In this document: piece after piece, positions 18,095-25,740 of the stretch
Numbering within the stretch: position 1 is the stretch's first letter
Layout of the letters: each line of letters begins with the position of its first letter
NCBI GenBank assembly: GCA_035944195.1
Contig: DASZBL010000024.1
Location: forward strand, 8,720-40,719
DNA from: Rhizomicrobium sp.
GTDB taxonomy: Bacteria > Pseudomonadota > Alphaproteobacteria > Micropepsales > Micropepsaceae
Length of the DNA: 32,000 nucleotides
Reading direction: 5' to 3'
Position numbers and translations under genes: made by a program
Notes under the pieces: model-generated
What the model was told of the DNA's origin: nothing
The model's input: the letters and a program-made list of their open reading frames with translations, nothing else
Databases searched by the model: none

Positions 18095-19078
18095 TCAGCG
18101 CGAGATCAGAATTTCGGCTCCGCGGTTCTGCACATGCAGGCGAAACACGGTTTGCACCGCGTCGGTGAACGCATGCACATCGCCGGTCGGAAATGTTCCG
18201 TCGATCGTCAACTGCTCGGCAGCAGGATCGGCGATGGTGAGTTTGGTCTGGTTGTAGCGGTTAAACTCCGCAGCCGCGGCGGCGAGCGTGGTGTGTTTGA
18301 AAATCAGCACCCCGCGCCGCCAGCTAAGCTCGTTGGAAAGCGCGCGCTGCACGCCTTTGGCGACGGACATCGTGTTCGCGGTTGCCGTTGCGACATCGCC
18401 TGCCGACAACATCGCCGATTGCGCGGGCGTTTGTTTGTCCGCGGCGTCCACCCAAACGCGGCCCTGCACTACGGCGACCTGAAGCCGCCCTGAATCGCTG
18501 CGCACCAGGAATTTCGTTCCGAGATCGGTGACGCGATGACCGCCCGCGATCACGATGAAAGGATGCACGGTGTCGTGCTTTACCTGAAAATAGGCCTCAC
18601 CCTTTTCCAGCCAGACCACGCGCTCCTGCGTCGTCATACGCGCGCGCAGTCGCGTGTTTGTGTTCAACTCGATGCGCGAACCGTCGGTGAACGCAATGGA
18701 TTCATGCCCGCCAACCGATGTCGAATAGACGCGATCTTCCGGCGCCGACAAGAAAAACGCTACGCCAGCACCCAAAACCACGATGACGGCTAACGCCGCC
18801 GCCATCCGGAAAAAATTGCCGGAGAGCCGCCCGCTCTGCGCAAATTGTTCGCGTGCGGGCGGGCGCAATGCACCCAAGAGATCGGTGTGTCCCCACGCGC
18901 CGTTCAGCCGCCAATAAGCGATGCGATGGGCCGGCGATTCTTCCAGCCAAGTATTCAACGCCGCCTTGCCGGCATCGTCCCAATCCTCGCGGTCACTGCG
19001 TTCAATCCAGGATGCCGCCTGCGCGTTGATTTCTCTCGCGCTCGCTTCGACTTTCTGTTGGGGGTTTGCGTCGCTCAT
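18095..19078 (-). CDS. FecR-like anti-sigma factor, paralog 3
   Basis: Track ORF 18095..19243 is over-extended into the sigma gene. ATG 19078 (MSDANPQQKVEASAREINAQAASWIERSDREDWDDAGKAALNTWLEESPAHRIAYWRLNGAW) recreates the ATGA overlap with the sigma stop that cassette 2 shows (cassette 1 has the equivalent 4-nt GTGA overlap). Confidence 0.9.
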   Translation of the reverse strand: MSDANPQQKVEASAREINAQAASWIERSDREDWDDAGKAALNTWLEESPAHRIAYWRLNGAWGHTDLLGALRPPAREQFAQSGRLSGNFFRMAAALAVIVVLGAGVAFFLSAPEDRVYSTSVGGHESIAFTDGSRIELNTNTRLRARMTTQERVVWLEKGEAYFQVKHDTVHPFIVIAGGHRVTDLGTKFLVRSDSGRLQVAVVQGRVWVDAADKQTPAQSAMLSAGDVATATANTMSVAKGVQRALSNELSWRRGVLIFKHTTLAAAAAEFNRYNQTKLTIADPAAEQLTIDGTFPTGDVHAFTDAVQTVFRLHVQNRGAEILISR

Positions 19079-19659
19079 GCGCGCTCCCCCAAAACTGCGA
19101 TGTCGCCATAGAGCGTGTTGGCGAGCACGGCGATGCCGTTCGCCAGATGTTCGGATACGGTGTCCTGACTGATGCCCATGCGCGCGGCGATTTCGGGCCG
19201 GGACAATCCTTCGATCCGCCTGAGCACCACCACTTCGCGGCAACGCGGCGGCAGACGATCGAGCGCGGTTTGCAGGCGGCGCAGCAAATCGCGCGCAATC
19301 ACATTGCGATCCGGTCCCGGTACTTCGATGGCGGCACCCAGCGCATCCAGATCGGCCACGGCCTCGATCGGCACGACGTGTTCGCGGCGCACGCGATTGA
19401 TGAGAAGATTGCGCGCGGTGCGCAGTAGAAATGCCTTGGGCTGCGCGGGAACTTCCTTCCGCGCCGCTTCATAGACCCGCACATAGACTTCCTGGCGCAA
19501 ATCCTCGATCTCGCTTTTGTTGCGCCAGCTCTGTTGGAGGAAATGCATCAATATCGACTCCAGCGGAAAAATCTCGCGCAGAAACCAGGCCTCCAGATCG
19601 GACGCGCTCATGCACGCACCCGAGGCGCCGCTCTCATTGATCTCCGGTCTCTCGGCCAT
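19075..19659 (-). CDS. ECF (FecI-type) sigma factor, cassette 3
   Basis: MAERPEINESGASGACMSASDLEAWFLREIFPLESILMHFLQQSWRNKSEIEDLRQEVYVRVYEA...; region 4 is REVVVLRRIEGLSRPEIAARMGISQDTVSEHL. Confidence 0.9.
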   Translation of the reverse strand: MAERPEINESGASGACMSASDLEAWFLREIFPLESILMHFLQQSWRNKSEIEDLRQEVYVRVYEAARKEVPAQPKAFLLRTARNLLINRVRREHVVPIEAVADLDALGAAIEVPGPDRNVIARDLLRRLQTALDRLPPRCREVVVLRRIEGLSRPEIAARMGISQDTVSEHLANGIAVLANTLYGDIAVLGERA

Positions 19660-19800
19660 CCCCCGCCAGCATCCGCCTTTTTCGAGGGCTAGAGTTTAGG
19701 ACTGGCTATAAGACAAGCGGAGACGGAAAGTTTGGGGATCGGTTGCGGGAAAAATTTATGCCGCAATGCAAATGACGCGATGCGCCAGCGAACAGCGGAA
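19660..19800 (-). promoter_or_regulatory. Leader/promoter region of the cassette-3 sigma gene
   Basis: Minus-strand reading contains TTGCGGCATAAATTTTTCCCGC, CTTGTCTTATAGCC, TAAACTCTAGCCCTCGAAAAAGG and GGGGGATG(start). This is the closest match to 474-600. Confidence 0.3.
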
Positions 19801-20021
19801 CCGGTGAAGATTTATCCGGCGGCTTCGCCAGAAACTCGATTAATTGGGTTTCGAACAGCGATTCCAGCGCCTTAGTTAAGATCAGCAAAACCAAAGAATT
19901 CCCACACTCATGGATAATACCGTGCTAGCATACCTAAATAATTGCTCGGCATTCGCTGCACTCGCGCACTGAGCGCAAGAAGCAACACATCTTTCTCGAA
20001 TTGAAGAAGGGAATTGCATTT

Positions 20022-20813
20022 ATGAAAAACTCGGCTTCATGCGCTTTACGGCTGGCGCTTCCGATAGCAACGCTTGTGTGGACATTCGGCGCGGCAGCCA
20101 CAGCGATGGCCGATGACAATGATCGCAGGGGCAGCATGGTGTATAGCGACAGCTCGCCCTATCAGGATCTGAAGAAAGAGCACTACCCCGACGCCCGCGA
20201 TGGTTTCGCGTCCTATTATAAAGACCATCCGGAAGATCCGCTGGTTCAGCTCGACCTCGGCCTGTCCTACCAGAAGCTTGGAAGAATGGATCTTGCTGAG
20301 CCGCTATTTCGCGAAGCCATGATGACAGGCACCCATCTCGTTCCCGATGTCACGACCACCGATCAATCCAGCGGCCTTACGGTCGCGGTGATCGCCTGCA
20401 ACAATCTCAAATATGGATTGCGGGATGCCGGTGCTTGCGGGCCAAAAATGGCGCCACCGCCGCCACCGGTGCGCAACTTCATCGTGTTCTTCGATTTCGA
20501 CAAATCGAATCTCACCGAGCAGGCGCAGCAAGTCGTGAGCGAGGCCGTGAGCGCCGCAAAAAGCGGTTCCATCACGAGGGTGACGATTGTCGGCCACACC
20601 GATACGACCGGTTCGCACAGCTACAATCAGGCGCTGTCCGAGCGCCGCGCCGCATCCGTGAAAGATGCCATGGTGAGCCAAGGCATGATCGGCGGCGATA
20701 TCGCGACCGAAGGCAAGAGCTACGACGATCCGCTGGTTCCGACGGGCCCGAACGTGCGCGAGCCGCAGAACCGCCGCGCCGTCATCACGCTGGGCGATGG
20801 CGCGGGTACCTGA
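20022..20813 (+). CDS. OmpA-C-like (OmpA/MotB family) peptidoglycan-binding protein with a TPR-like N-terminal segment
   Basis: The track ORF starts at TTG 20001. ATG 20022 is preferred (GAAGGGAA about 8 nt upstream). Signal peptide ALRLALPIATLVWTFGAAATAMA, a proline linker PPPPP, then the OmpA-C signature FDFDKSNLTEQAQQVV...VTIVGHTDTTGSHSYNQALSERRAASVKDAM...NRRAVI. Confidence 0.88.
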   Translation: MKNSASCALRLALPIATLVWTFGAAATAMADDNDRRGSMVYSDSSPYQDLKKEHYPDARDGFASYYKDHPEDPLVQLDLGLSYQKLGRMDLAEPLFREAMMTGTHLVPDVTTTDQSSGLTVAVIACNNLKYGLRDAGACGPKMAPPPPPVRNFIVFFDFDKSNLTEQAQQVVSEAVSAAKSGSITRVTIVGHTDTTGSHSYNQALSERRAASVKDAMVSQGMIGGDIATEGKSYDDPLVPTGPNVREPQNRRAVITLGDGAGT

Positions 20814-20884
20814 GCGGAAAGTTTTGTGAATTGTGACCGCTTTGGATTTCGCCGACGGTTCAAACAGTATTTTGGAGAGAGATA

Positions 20885-21163
20885 ATGTCGAAGATCATGT
20901 TGAAATGTTTTGCCGTTGCGTTTGCCCTTTTTCCAGCGGCCGCATTCGCCGAGGAGCCATCGCAGCCTTCTCCGCCTGCTCCTTATGACGGCCCCTTACC
21001 CGCTGGCGGCGCAATGACGCGTGAAGCGGCGGCAGCCTGGTATGGTGATGGCAGAATTGTCGAGATCGGTGCTGGCCTGCTTATCGTCGGCGGGTTGCTT
21101 GTGGTTCTGTCGAACAACAATGGCAACTCGACACCAGCGACGACCACGACGCATGCCCCCTGA
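20885..21163 (+). CDS. Small exported/membrane-anchored hypothetical protein (92 aa)
   Basis: GGAGAGAGA RBS before the ATG. Signal peptide MLKCFAVAFALFPAAAFA, a Pro-rich segment, and a C-terminal hydrophobic helix IGAGLLIVGGLLVVL. A terminator hairpin follows. No family was recognised. Confidence 0.6.
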   Translation: MSKIMLKCFAVAFALFPAAAFAEEPSQPSPPAPYDGPLPAGGAMTREAAAAWYGDGRIVEIGAGLLIVGGLLVVLSNNNGNSTPATTTTHAP

Positions 21164-21194
21164 CGATTATCGAGGGCCGTATTTCCTGCAACAC

Positions 21195-21216
21195 GGCGGC
21201 TTCAGCCGCCGTTTTT
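21195..21216 (+). terminator. Rho-independent terminator for the plus-strand pair; the hairpin overlaps the stop codon of the convergent patatin gene
   Basis: GGCGGC-TTCA-GCCGCC (21195-21210) followed by GTTTTTGTTT. The loop TTCA contains the complement of the patatin TGA stop (21202-21204). Confidence 0.6.
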
Positions 21217-22353
21217 GTTTGGGGAGAAATCCGCCGGATCGATCAGGCGCTCCGCCGCCAGACGGCCGATCTCATAAGCACGCGGGATGATATCGGGATC
21301 GTCCATCAGGCGCAGTTTCGCGATTTCGGAATCCGAAACAGCGATATCCAGTTCCTGTTTCAGCCAATCGGCTTCCAATTGCACATCATAGCGCTGAAAG
21401 CCGAACAGCGGCGTCGCGAACGGCGTATTGTCGTTCGCAAGCGTGCCTATCTCGCTGTTGATGGGCGAAGAGGAATGCGTGCCCGATAGCCAATGCAGCA
21501 GCGTCAACGCGTGGGTTTCGGTATCGGCAACGAGCCCAGTCAGCGCATGAACCGCCAGCGCCGCCGAAGGCAGATGCTGGGTCGCGGCATGGGTGAGCCG
21601 TCGGCGATGTGATCCCGTTCCCACCGAGACAATGGAAAGATTTTCCTTTCCCAGCGGCCAGCGCAGCCCGAAACCATCCAGCGCCGCCATCAATAGAAGC
21701 TGCAGCGATGGATTGTTGTGCGGGCTGACGCCGCCATCGACAAAAAGTCCCGGCGGCGCGCCCTCGGCGATCATCAGCATTTCCGGATCGAAATAATGCG
21801 GCGCCGCGGTCGAGGCGCGCACCAGATGCGCGAGCTTGAATGCATGATTGCCGATATAGGAACTATCCTGCGGCGTTTGCCAATAATGCGCGCGCGGATT
21901 GTTGCTGATGATCCACGGGCTTCCCGTATCCATGCGCTTTGTCACCACCGCGAGGCCGGTGAGCAGATCGGGCGTATCCAGCGTGCGCTGGCCGATCACC
22001 GTATCGAGTTCGCGTTGCAGCAGCGTGGAATCGAATTTCGCTTGCAGCCCAATAACGCGCCACGAATTGTGTTGGAAAGCGCGCGGCCCCATGCGCATGT
22101 AGAAATCATGTACGTCCGCCGCGCTATGACCGAGCGCCAGCGCGGTTGCGATGATGGCGCCCGTCGATGTGCCGCCGATCAGGTCGAAATGGTCGCAGAG
22201 GCGAATCTTGCCGTTGGCGCTGAGAATTTTTTCGATGCGTTCGAGAAACGCAATGGTGATCGCGCCGCGCACGCCGCCGCCGTCGAGCGACAGGATGCGC
22301 TTCGGGCCAGGGCCGAAGAGATGGCGATCCCGGCTGGACATTTCATCGTTCAT
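21202..22353 (-). CDS. Patatin-like phospholipase (383 aa), last gene of the operon
   Basis: Oxyanion-hole motif LDGGGVRG (res 23-30), nucleophile elbow GGTSTG with Ser63 (nt 22165-22167), and catalytic Asp in FVDGGVSPHNNP (Asp206, nt 21736-21738). ATGA overlap with the upstream gene stop. Confidence 0.93.
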   Translation of the reverse strand: MNDEMSSRDRHLFGPGPKRILSLDGGGVRGAITIAFLERIEKILSANGKIRLCDHFDLIGGTSTGAIIATALALGHSAADVHDFYMRMGPRAFQHNSWRVIGLQAKFDSTLLQRELDTVIGQRTLDTPDLLTGLAVVTKRMDTGSPWIISNNPRAHYWQTPQDSSYIGNHAFKLAHLVRASTAAPHYFDPEMLMIAEGAPPGLFVDGGVSPHNNPSLQLLLMAALDGFGLRWPLGKENLSIVSVGTGSHRRRLTHAATQHLPSAALAVHALTGLVADTETHALTLLHWLSGTHSSSPINSEIGTLANDNTPFATPLFGFQRYDVQLEADWLKQELDIAVSDSEIAKLRLMDDPDIIPRAYEIGRLAAERLIDPADFSPNKNGG

Positions 22354-24272
22354 GGTAAGCGTTCCGCGACGGCGCGCTCATCTACCCACGCTGCGAACGC
22401 GCTGCCCAATGCATTTTCCATCGCTTCCATTTCTGCGGGTCTCGTGCCGGAGTGCAATATCGCCCAGACATGCGCGCCGCTCGCTTCTGCGGCGCGGCGC
22501 GCAACTTCAGCATCGGCGGGTTCGGCGAGCAGCACAAGATTTTCGCCGGGCGCGGCTTGCAAATTTGTTTCCGTGCCGCTGACAATCCGGTTTCGCCGGA
22601 TGGATTTTCCCGCGGCGGCAAGAATAGCAGCGATGCTGCGCACTAGATCGCGATTGGTTTGGCGCGCCTCTTCGCCAAGCGCGTCCCATTCCACCAGCAA
22701 AGGATGGCGGCGGATCAGGTCGTCGCGCACCGCGCCATATTGCCAGCCGAGCAGTCTCTGCTCGATGCACCAGCGCTGATGCTCCATTTGCGTGAATATC
22801 TCAATCTCGTCTTCTCGCAACGCAGCGCCCGCACCCGCCTCGCCGATGTCGAGCCCAAACCGCGCCAGCTTGACGGCAATATGATCGGCAAAAAGCCGGT
22901 TGGAGCGCTTCATGCGCTCCGGCAACCTATCCCATGATTGCGAATTGCCATGTCCGCGCGCATAGACTTCGTGGGTGGCGCGCGCCAGACGATCAACCGG
23001 ATTGTGCAGCAGTAATTGGGGATCGGCCATCAATCCGCCGCTGCCGAAAGTGACGAAACGGTCGCTCGACGGTCGGCGCTTTTCGGTTTTTTCGATGAAG
23101 GCTCCCAGTTCCGGCCGCTTCTGCGCGCGCGCATAAATGGGCACATTGAAAAGCCCCGCCAGATCCGATTGCCGCCGGAAATCGAGCGCTGCTTCGATAT
23201 TGATTGTGTCCTGCCCGGTCGTGATCACCACCGCGTCCGGCGCTCCTTCAGAAAGTAACCCGGATATGAATTCGCGATCGTCTGCGGGCCCGAATTCACG
23301 CTCGTGGAACGACAGATCGGCCAGATCGAACAGCGCCGGCCATTGCCGCTTGATCGCAGCAGTTGCGGCAGCGATATTCTTGTCGGCAATCGCAACGGAA
23401 AGCCTCGTTCCAGGAATGGCGAAATAGCCCTGCACTGCTTGAATCAGAATTTCGAGCCCCATCTTGCCGAGACCCACCATCACCAGCCGCGGCTTCACGG
23501 ACGGAAGCGGCAGCAATTTGCGCCGGGCAGACCAGCCATTGAGCAGCGCACGCGCGGCACTCTCATAGAAATTCACAACGATGAATTCAGCCTTGTCCGT
23601 GCTTAGCGAGGCGGTGTACCCCGCAATCGCATGCAGCAGCCAGGCGTCGCGCACTTCGCACAGGATGCGTAGCGGTTTTCCGGCAGGCCGCGCAGCACAG
23701 GCATCGCGCGCGCGCAGTGCTATCTCAAGATTCACGGAATCGGACCCGCAGGAAACCACCAGCGTGGTTGCCTTCAGCAATCCGGCGAGTTTCAGCAGAT
23801 GCACGTCCGCGGCGCTGCCTTGCAGCACGGGAACGCCCGCCAATTCCACCGGCATCGAATTTTCGCAAGCCGCATCGGATTCGATGGCGACGACATGCTG
23901 CCTGGCCGCCCTTTGCCCGAGCGCGATGGTGCGCCCGGTTTGTCCCAATCCGCTCACGATCACATGGCCGCGCGCGCGACGTGCCAGCGCCACGCGCATG
24001 TCGCGGCGGATATGCAGCAGCAGCAATTTCGCGGCGCCGAAAAGCGCGATGCCCGGCACCAGCCATTGCGCAATCGCCAATTGCCAGGGATGCGAATAGC
24101 TGGCGCCGCCGCGAACGAGGCTGAAAGCGCGCAGCATCTTGTCGACCGGCGTGACGACATGACAATCGCTGCAAACGGAAAATCCCCAATAGGCCAGACC
24201 GAGCGCGATCGCGGCGATGGGTATAAAGACGTACCAGTTGCTGGGACTGGAGGGACTTTTTTGCGGCGTCAT
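22350..24272 (-). CDS. Membrane protein (640 aa): 2 TM helices + two Rossmann (TrkA-N/RCK-like) domains + RyR-like repeat module + short C-terminal alpha/beta extension
   Basis: TM1 WYVFIPIAAIALGLAYWGF and TM2 LAIAQWLVPGIALFGAAKLLLL. GxGxxG motifs VIVSGLGQTGRTI (nt ~23934-23951) and LVMVGLGKMGLEI. RyR-like module (res ~425-552, nt 22617-23000): LARATHEVYA...WDRLPERMKRSNRLFADHIAVKL...EIFTQMEHQRWCIEQRLLGWQYGAVRDDLIRRHPLLVEWDALGEEARQTNRDLVRSI. ATGA overlaps at both ends. Confidence 0.85.
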   Translation of the reverse strand: MTPQKSPSSPSNWYVFIPIAAIALGLAYWGFSVCSDCHVVTPVDKMLRAFSLVRGGASYSHPWQLAIAQWLVPGIALFGAAKLLLLHIRRDMRVALARRARGHVIVSGLGQTGRTIALGQRAARQHVVAIESDAACENSMPVELAGVPVLQGSAADVHLLKLAGLLKATTLVVSCGSDSVNLEIALRARDACAARPAGKPLRILCEVRDAWLLHAIAGYTASLSTDKAEFIVVNFYESAARALLNGWSARRKLLPLPSVKPRLVMVGLGKMGLEILIQAVQGYFAIPGTRLSVAIADKNIAAATAAIKRQWPALFDLADLSFHEREFGPADDREFISGLLSEGAPDAVVITTGQDTINIEAALDFRRQSDLAGLFNVPIYARAQKRPELGAFIEKTEKRRPSSDRFVTFGSGGLMADPQLLLHNPVDRLARATHEVYARGHGNSQSWDRLPERMKRSNRLFADHIAVKLARFGLDIGEAGAGAALREDEIEIFTQMEHQRWCIEQRLLGWQYGAVRDDLIRRHPLLVEWDALGEEARQTNRDLVRSIAAILAAAGKSIRRNRIVSGTETNLQAAPGENLVLLAEPADAEVARRAAEASGAHVWAILHSGTRPAEMEAMENALGSAFAAWVDERAVAERLP

Positions 24273-24952
24273 GCGGGCTCTTTCTGGCGCGACGAAAGGC
24301 AGCCACGCTCCAGCGCCATCATGTTGGCACCCAGGCTTTCGGCTCCCGCTTTGTCGTTCGATGTCACCAGTAGCGCTACGTGCTGCACGGCGACGAGGCG
24401 CTTGAGATCGGCCTGCAATTCCGCGCGCGCTTCGGGATCGAGACCTTCGAACGGCGCGTCGAGCATGACGATGTGCGGTTCGGTGATGAGCGCGCGCGCC
24501 AGGAGCGCCCGCTTGGTGAGACTGGCGGAAATCTCATTGCTCTGCGCATTGCGCCACGGATCGAGATCAAAATTGATCAGGCAATGTTCCAGCCGCTTCT
24601 CGATTTCGCTGTCGGCGAGTTCCAGTTTGCAAAGCGGGAAGGCGAGATTTTCCGCGAGCGTCAGATCATGCAGCAGCGCGCCGTTTTCCAGCACAAGCCC
24701 GATATGACGGCGCAGCTTGTGCCATTCATGTTCCGGCAAATTCTCGGCCGCCTCGCCCGCGATCTGCAAGTGACCTTCCGAGGCGCGCTCGAGGCCCGCG
24801 AGCAGGCGCAACAAAAGCGTCTTGCCTGAGCCGCTGCGCCCGACAATAGCCATGCATTGGCCGCGTTCCAGCGTGAAGGAAATATCGTCGAGCACGCGTG
24901 CGCCACCGCGCATGAGCGCCAGGCCGCGCGCCTCGATCATGATCTCGCTCAT
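24269..24952 (-). CDS. MlaF-like ABC ATPase subunit with degenerate catalytic motifs (227 aa)
   Basis: Track ORF 24269..25747 is over-extended across the permease gene. ATG 24952 (MSEIMIEARGL...) overlaps the permease stop as ATGA. Walker A GRSGSGKT is intact (nt 24818-24841). Signature is ISASL rather than LSGGx (24518-24532). Walker B is IVMLDAP, with Ala where the catalytic Glu should be (24455-24457). H-loop is VTSND, with Asn for His (24356-24358). Confidence 0.88.
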   Translation of the reverse strand: MSEIMIEARGLALMRGGARVLDDISFTLERGQCMAIVGRSGSGKTLLLRLLAGLERASEGHLQIAGEAAENLPEHEWHKLRRHIGLVLENGALLHDLTLAENLAFPLCKLELADSEIEKRLEHCLINFDLDPWRNAQSNEISASLTKRALLARALITEPHIVMLDAPFEGLDPEARAELQADLKRLVAVQHVALLVTSNDKAGAESLGANMMALERGCLSSRQKEPA

Positions 24953-25740
24953 GCGCCTGCCCCGGCGAAGATCGCGGCAGCGCCGAATATCGCGAGCAGC
25001 GAGATCACGAAGGTCCGCCACGCAGCGGCTTCGAGCGTTTGCGGATCGCGGCCTGCGCCGCTGCCTTCGGCAGAGGCGATGCCGAGCGCGAGCATCGCAT
25101 AAACTTCCACGCGCAGGAACCCAAACCAGAAATCGCTGCGTGCGCCTTCGGCAAAAACGATCGTCGTATAGCGGGCAACAGGAATCGCCTCGAATTGCTG
25201 TAGCGTGAGCGCGGCTGCCAAATGCGCGATGCCGTCTCCCCAAACCAGCAATGCCGCCGCCGCAAAGAGGAATGCGAGCAAGCTCGCGGGCAATACATGA
25301 TCGGCCGGGTCCACACCCATCAGGCGCAGGGAATCCACTTCGCCGCCTGCGATCATGCGCCCAATTCGCACGGCGAGTGCCACGCCCGAGCGCCCGGCGA
25401 CGAAAATCCCGATCAGCACCGGCATCACTTCGCGCATCAGTGCCGAGCGCAACGCTCGCAATAGCGGTTCTTCCAGATTCACAACATGAAACGCCCGCGA
25501 CACGCTGAAGGCTAGCACCAGCCCCGTCAGCGCGGCCAGCATGGTGACGATGGGCAAGGGACGCAATGCGGTGTCGGAGAGCGCATCCACCGTGCGGCGG
25601 CGCGCAAACCTGTCGCCGCGCAGCAGCGCCGGAAGGCCGACAAATGCGGCTTGCAGGAAAAATGCGAACAGGCCGACATTCTCCACGCCACCCTGAATCG
25701 CGCGACCGCCGGCATTTCTGATGTCCCCGATCATTGCCAT
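24949..25740 (-). CDS. MlaE-like ABC transporter permease
   Basis: Polytopic hydrophobic protein of MlaE-like size (263 aa). It carries the MlaE-type core REVMPVLIGIFVAGRSGVALAVRIGRMIAGGEVDSLRLMGVDPADHVLPASLL. The start is 25740, or 25734 which would give an ATGA overlap with the upstream stop. Confidence 0.85.
   Translation of the reverse strand: MAMIGDIRNAGGRAIQGGVENVGLFAFFLQAAFVGLPALLRGDRFARRRTVDALSDTALRPLPIVTMLAALTGLVLAFSVSRAFHVVNLEEPLLRALRSALMREVMPVLIGIFVAGRSGVALAVRIGRMIAGGEVDSLRLMGVDPADHVLPASLLAFLFAAAALLVWGDGIAHLAAALTLQQFEAIPVARYTTIVFAEGARSDFWFGFLRVEVYAMLALGIASAEGSGAGRDPQTLEAAAWRTFVISLLAIFGAAAIFAGAGA

Noticed and set aside
1-19659. The repeated cassettes as a recent segmental duplication, assembly collapse/expansion artefact or mobile element
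   Set aside because: The copies differ at many synonymous sites and in whole loop segments. The sigma and FecR-like proteins are clearly diverged. I saw no inverted repeats, transposase or integrase flanking the units.
19800-19900. GGGTTTCGAAC segment resembling a tRNA T-arm in the 19.7-20.0 kb intergenic region
   Set aside because: I could not draw a matching acceptor stem, D-arm or anticodon arm around it. It is most likely a chance match in a promoter region.
22350-24272. Calling the 640-aa protein a TrkA/K+ channel subunit
   Set aside because: Only the Rossmann GxGxxG motifs and a 2-TM layout are visible. There is no TVGYG-type selectivity filter and no Trk/Ktr partner gene, so a potassium-transport annotation would be unsupported.
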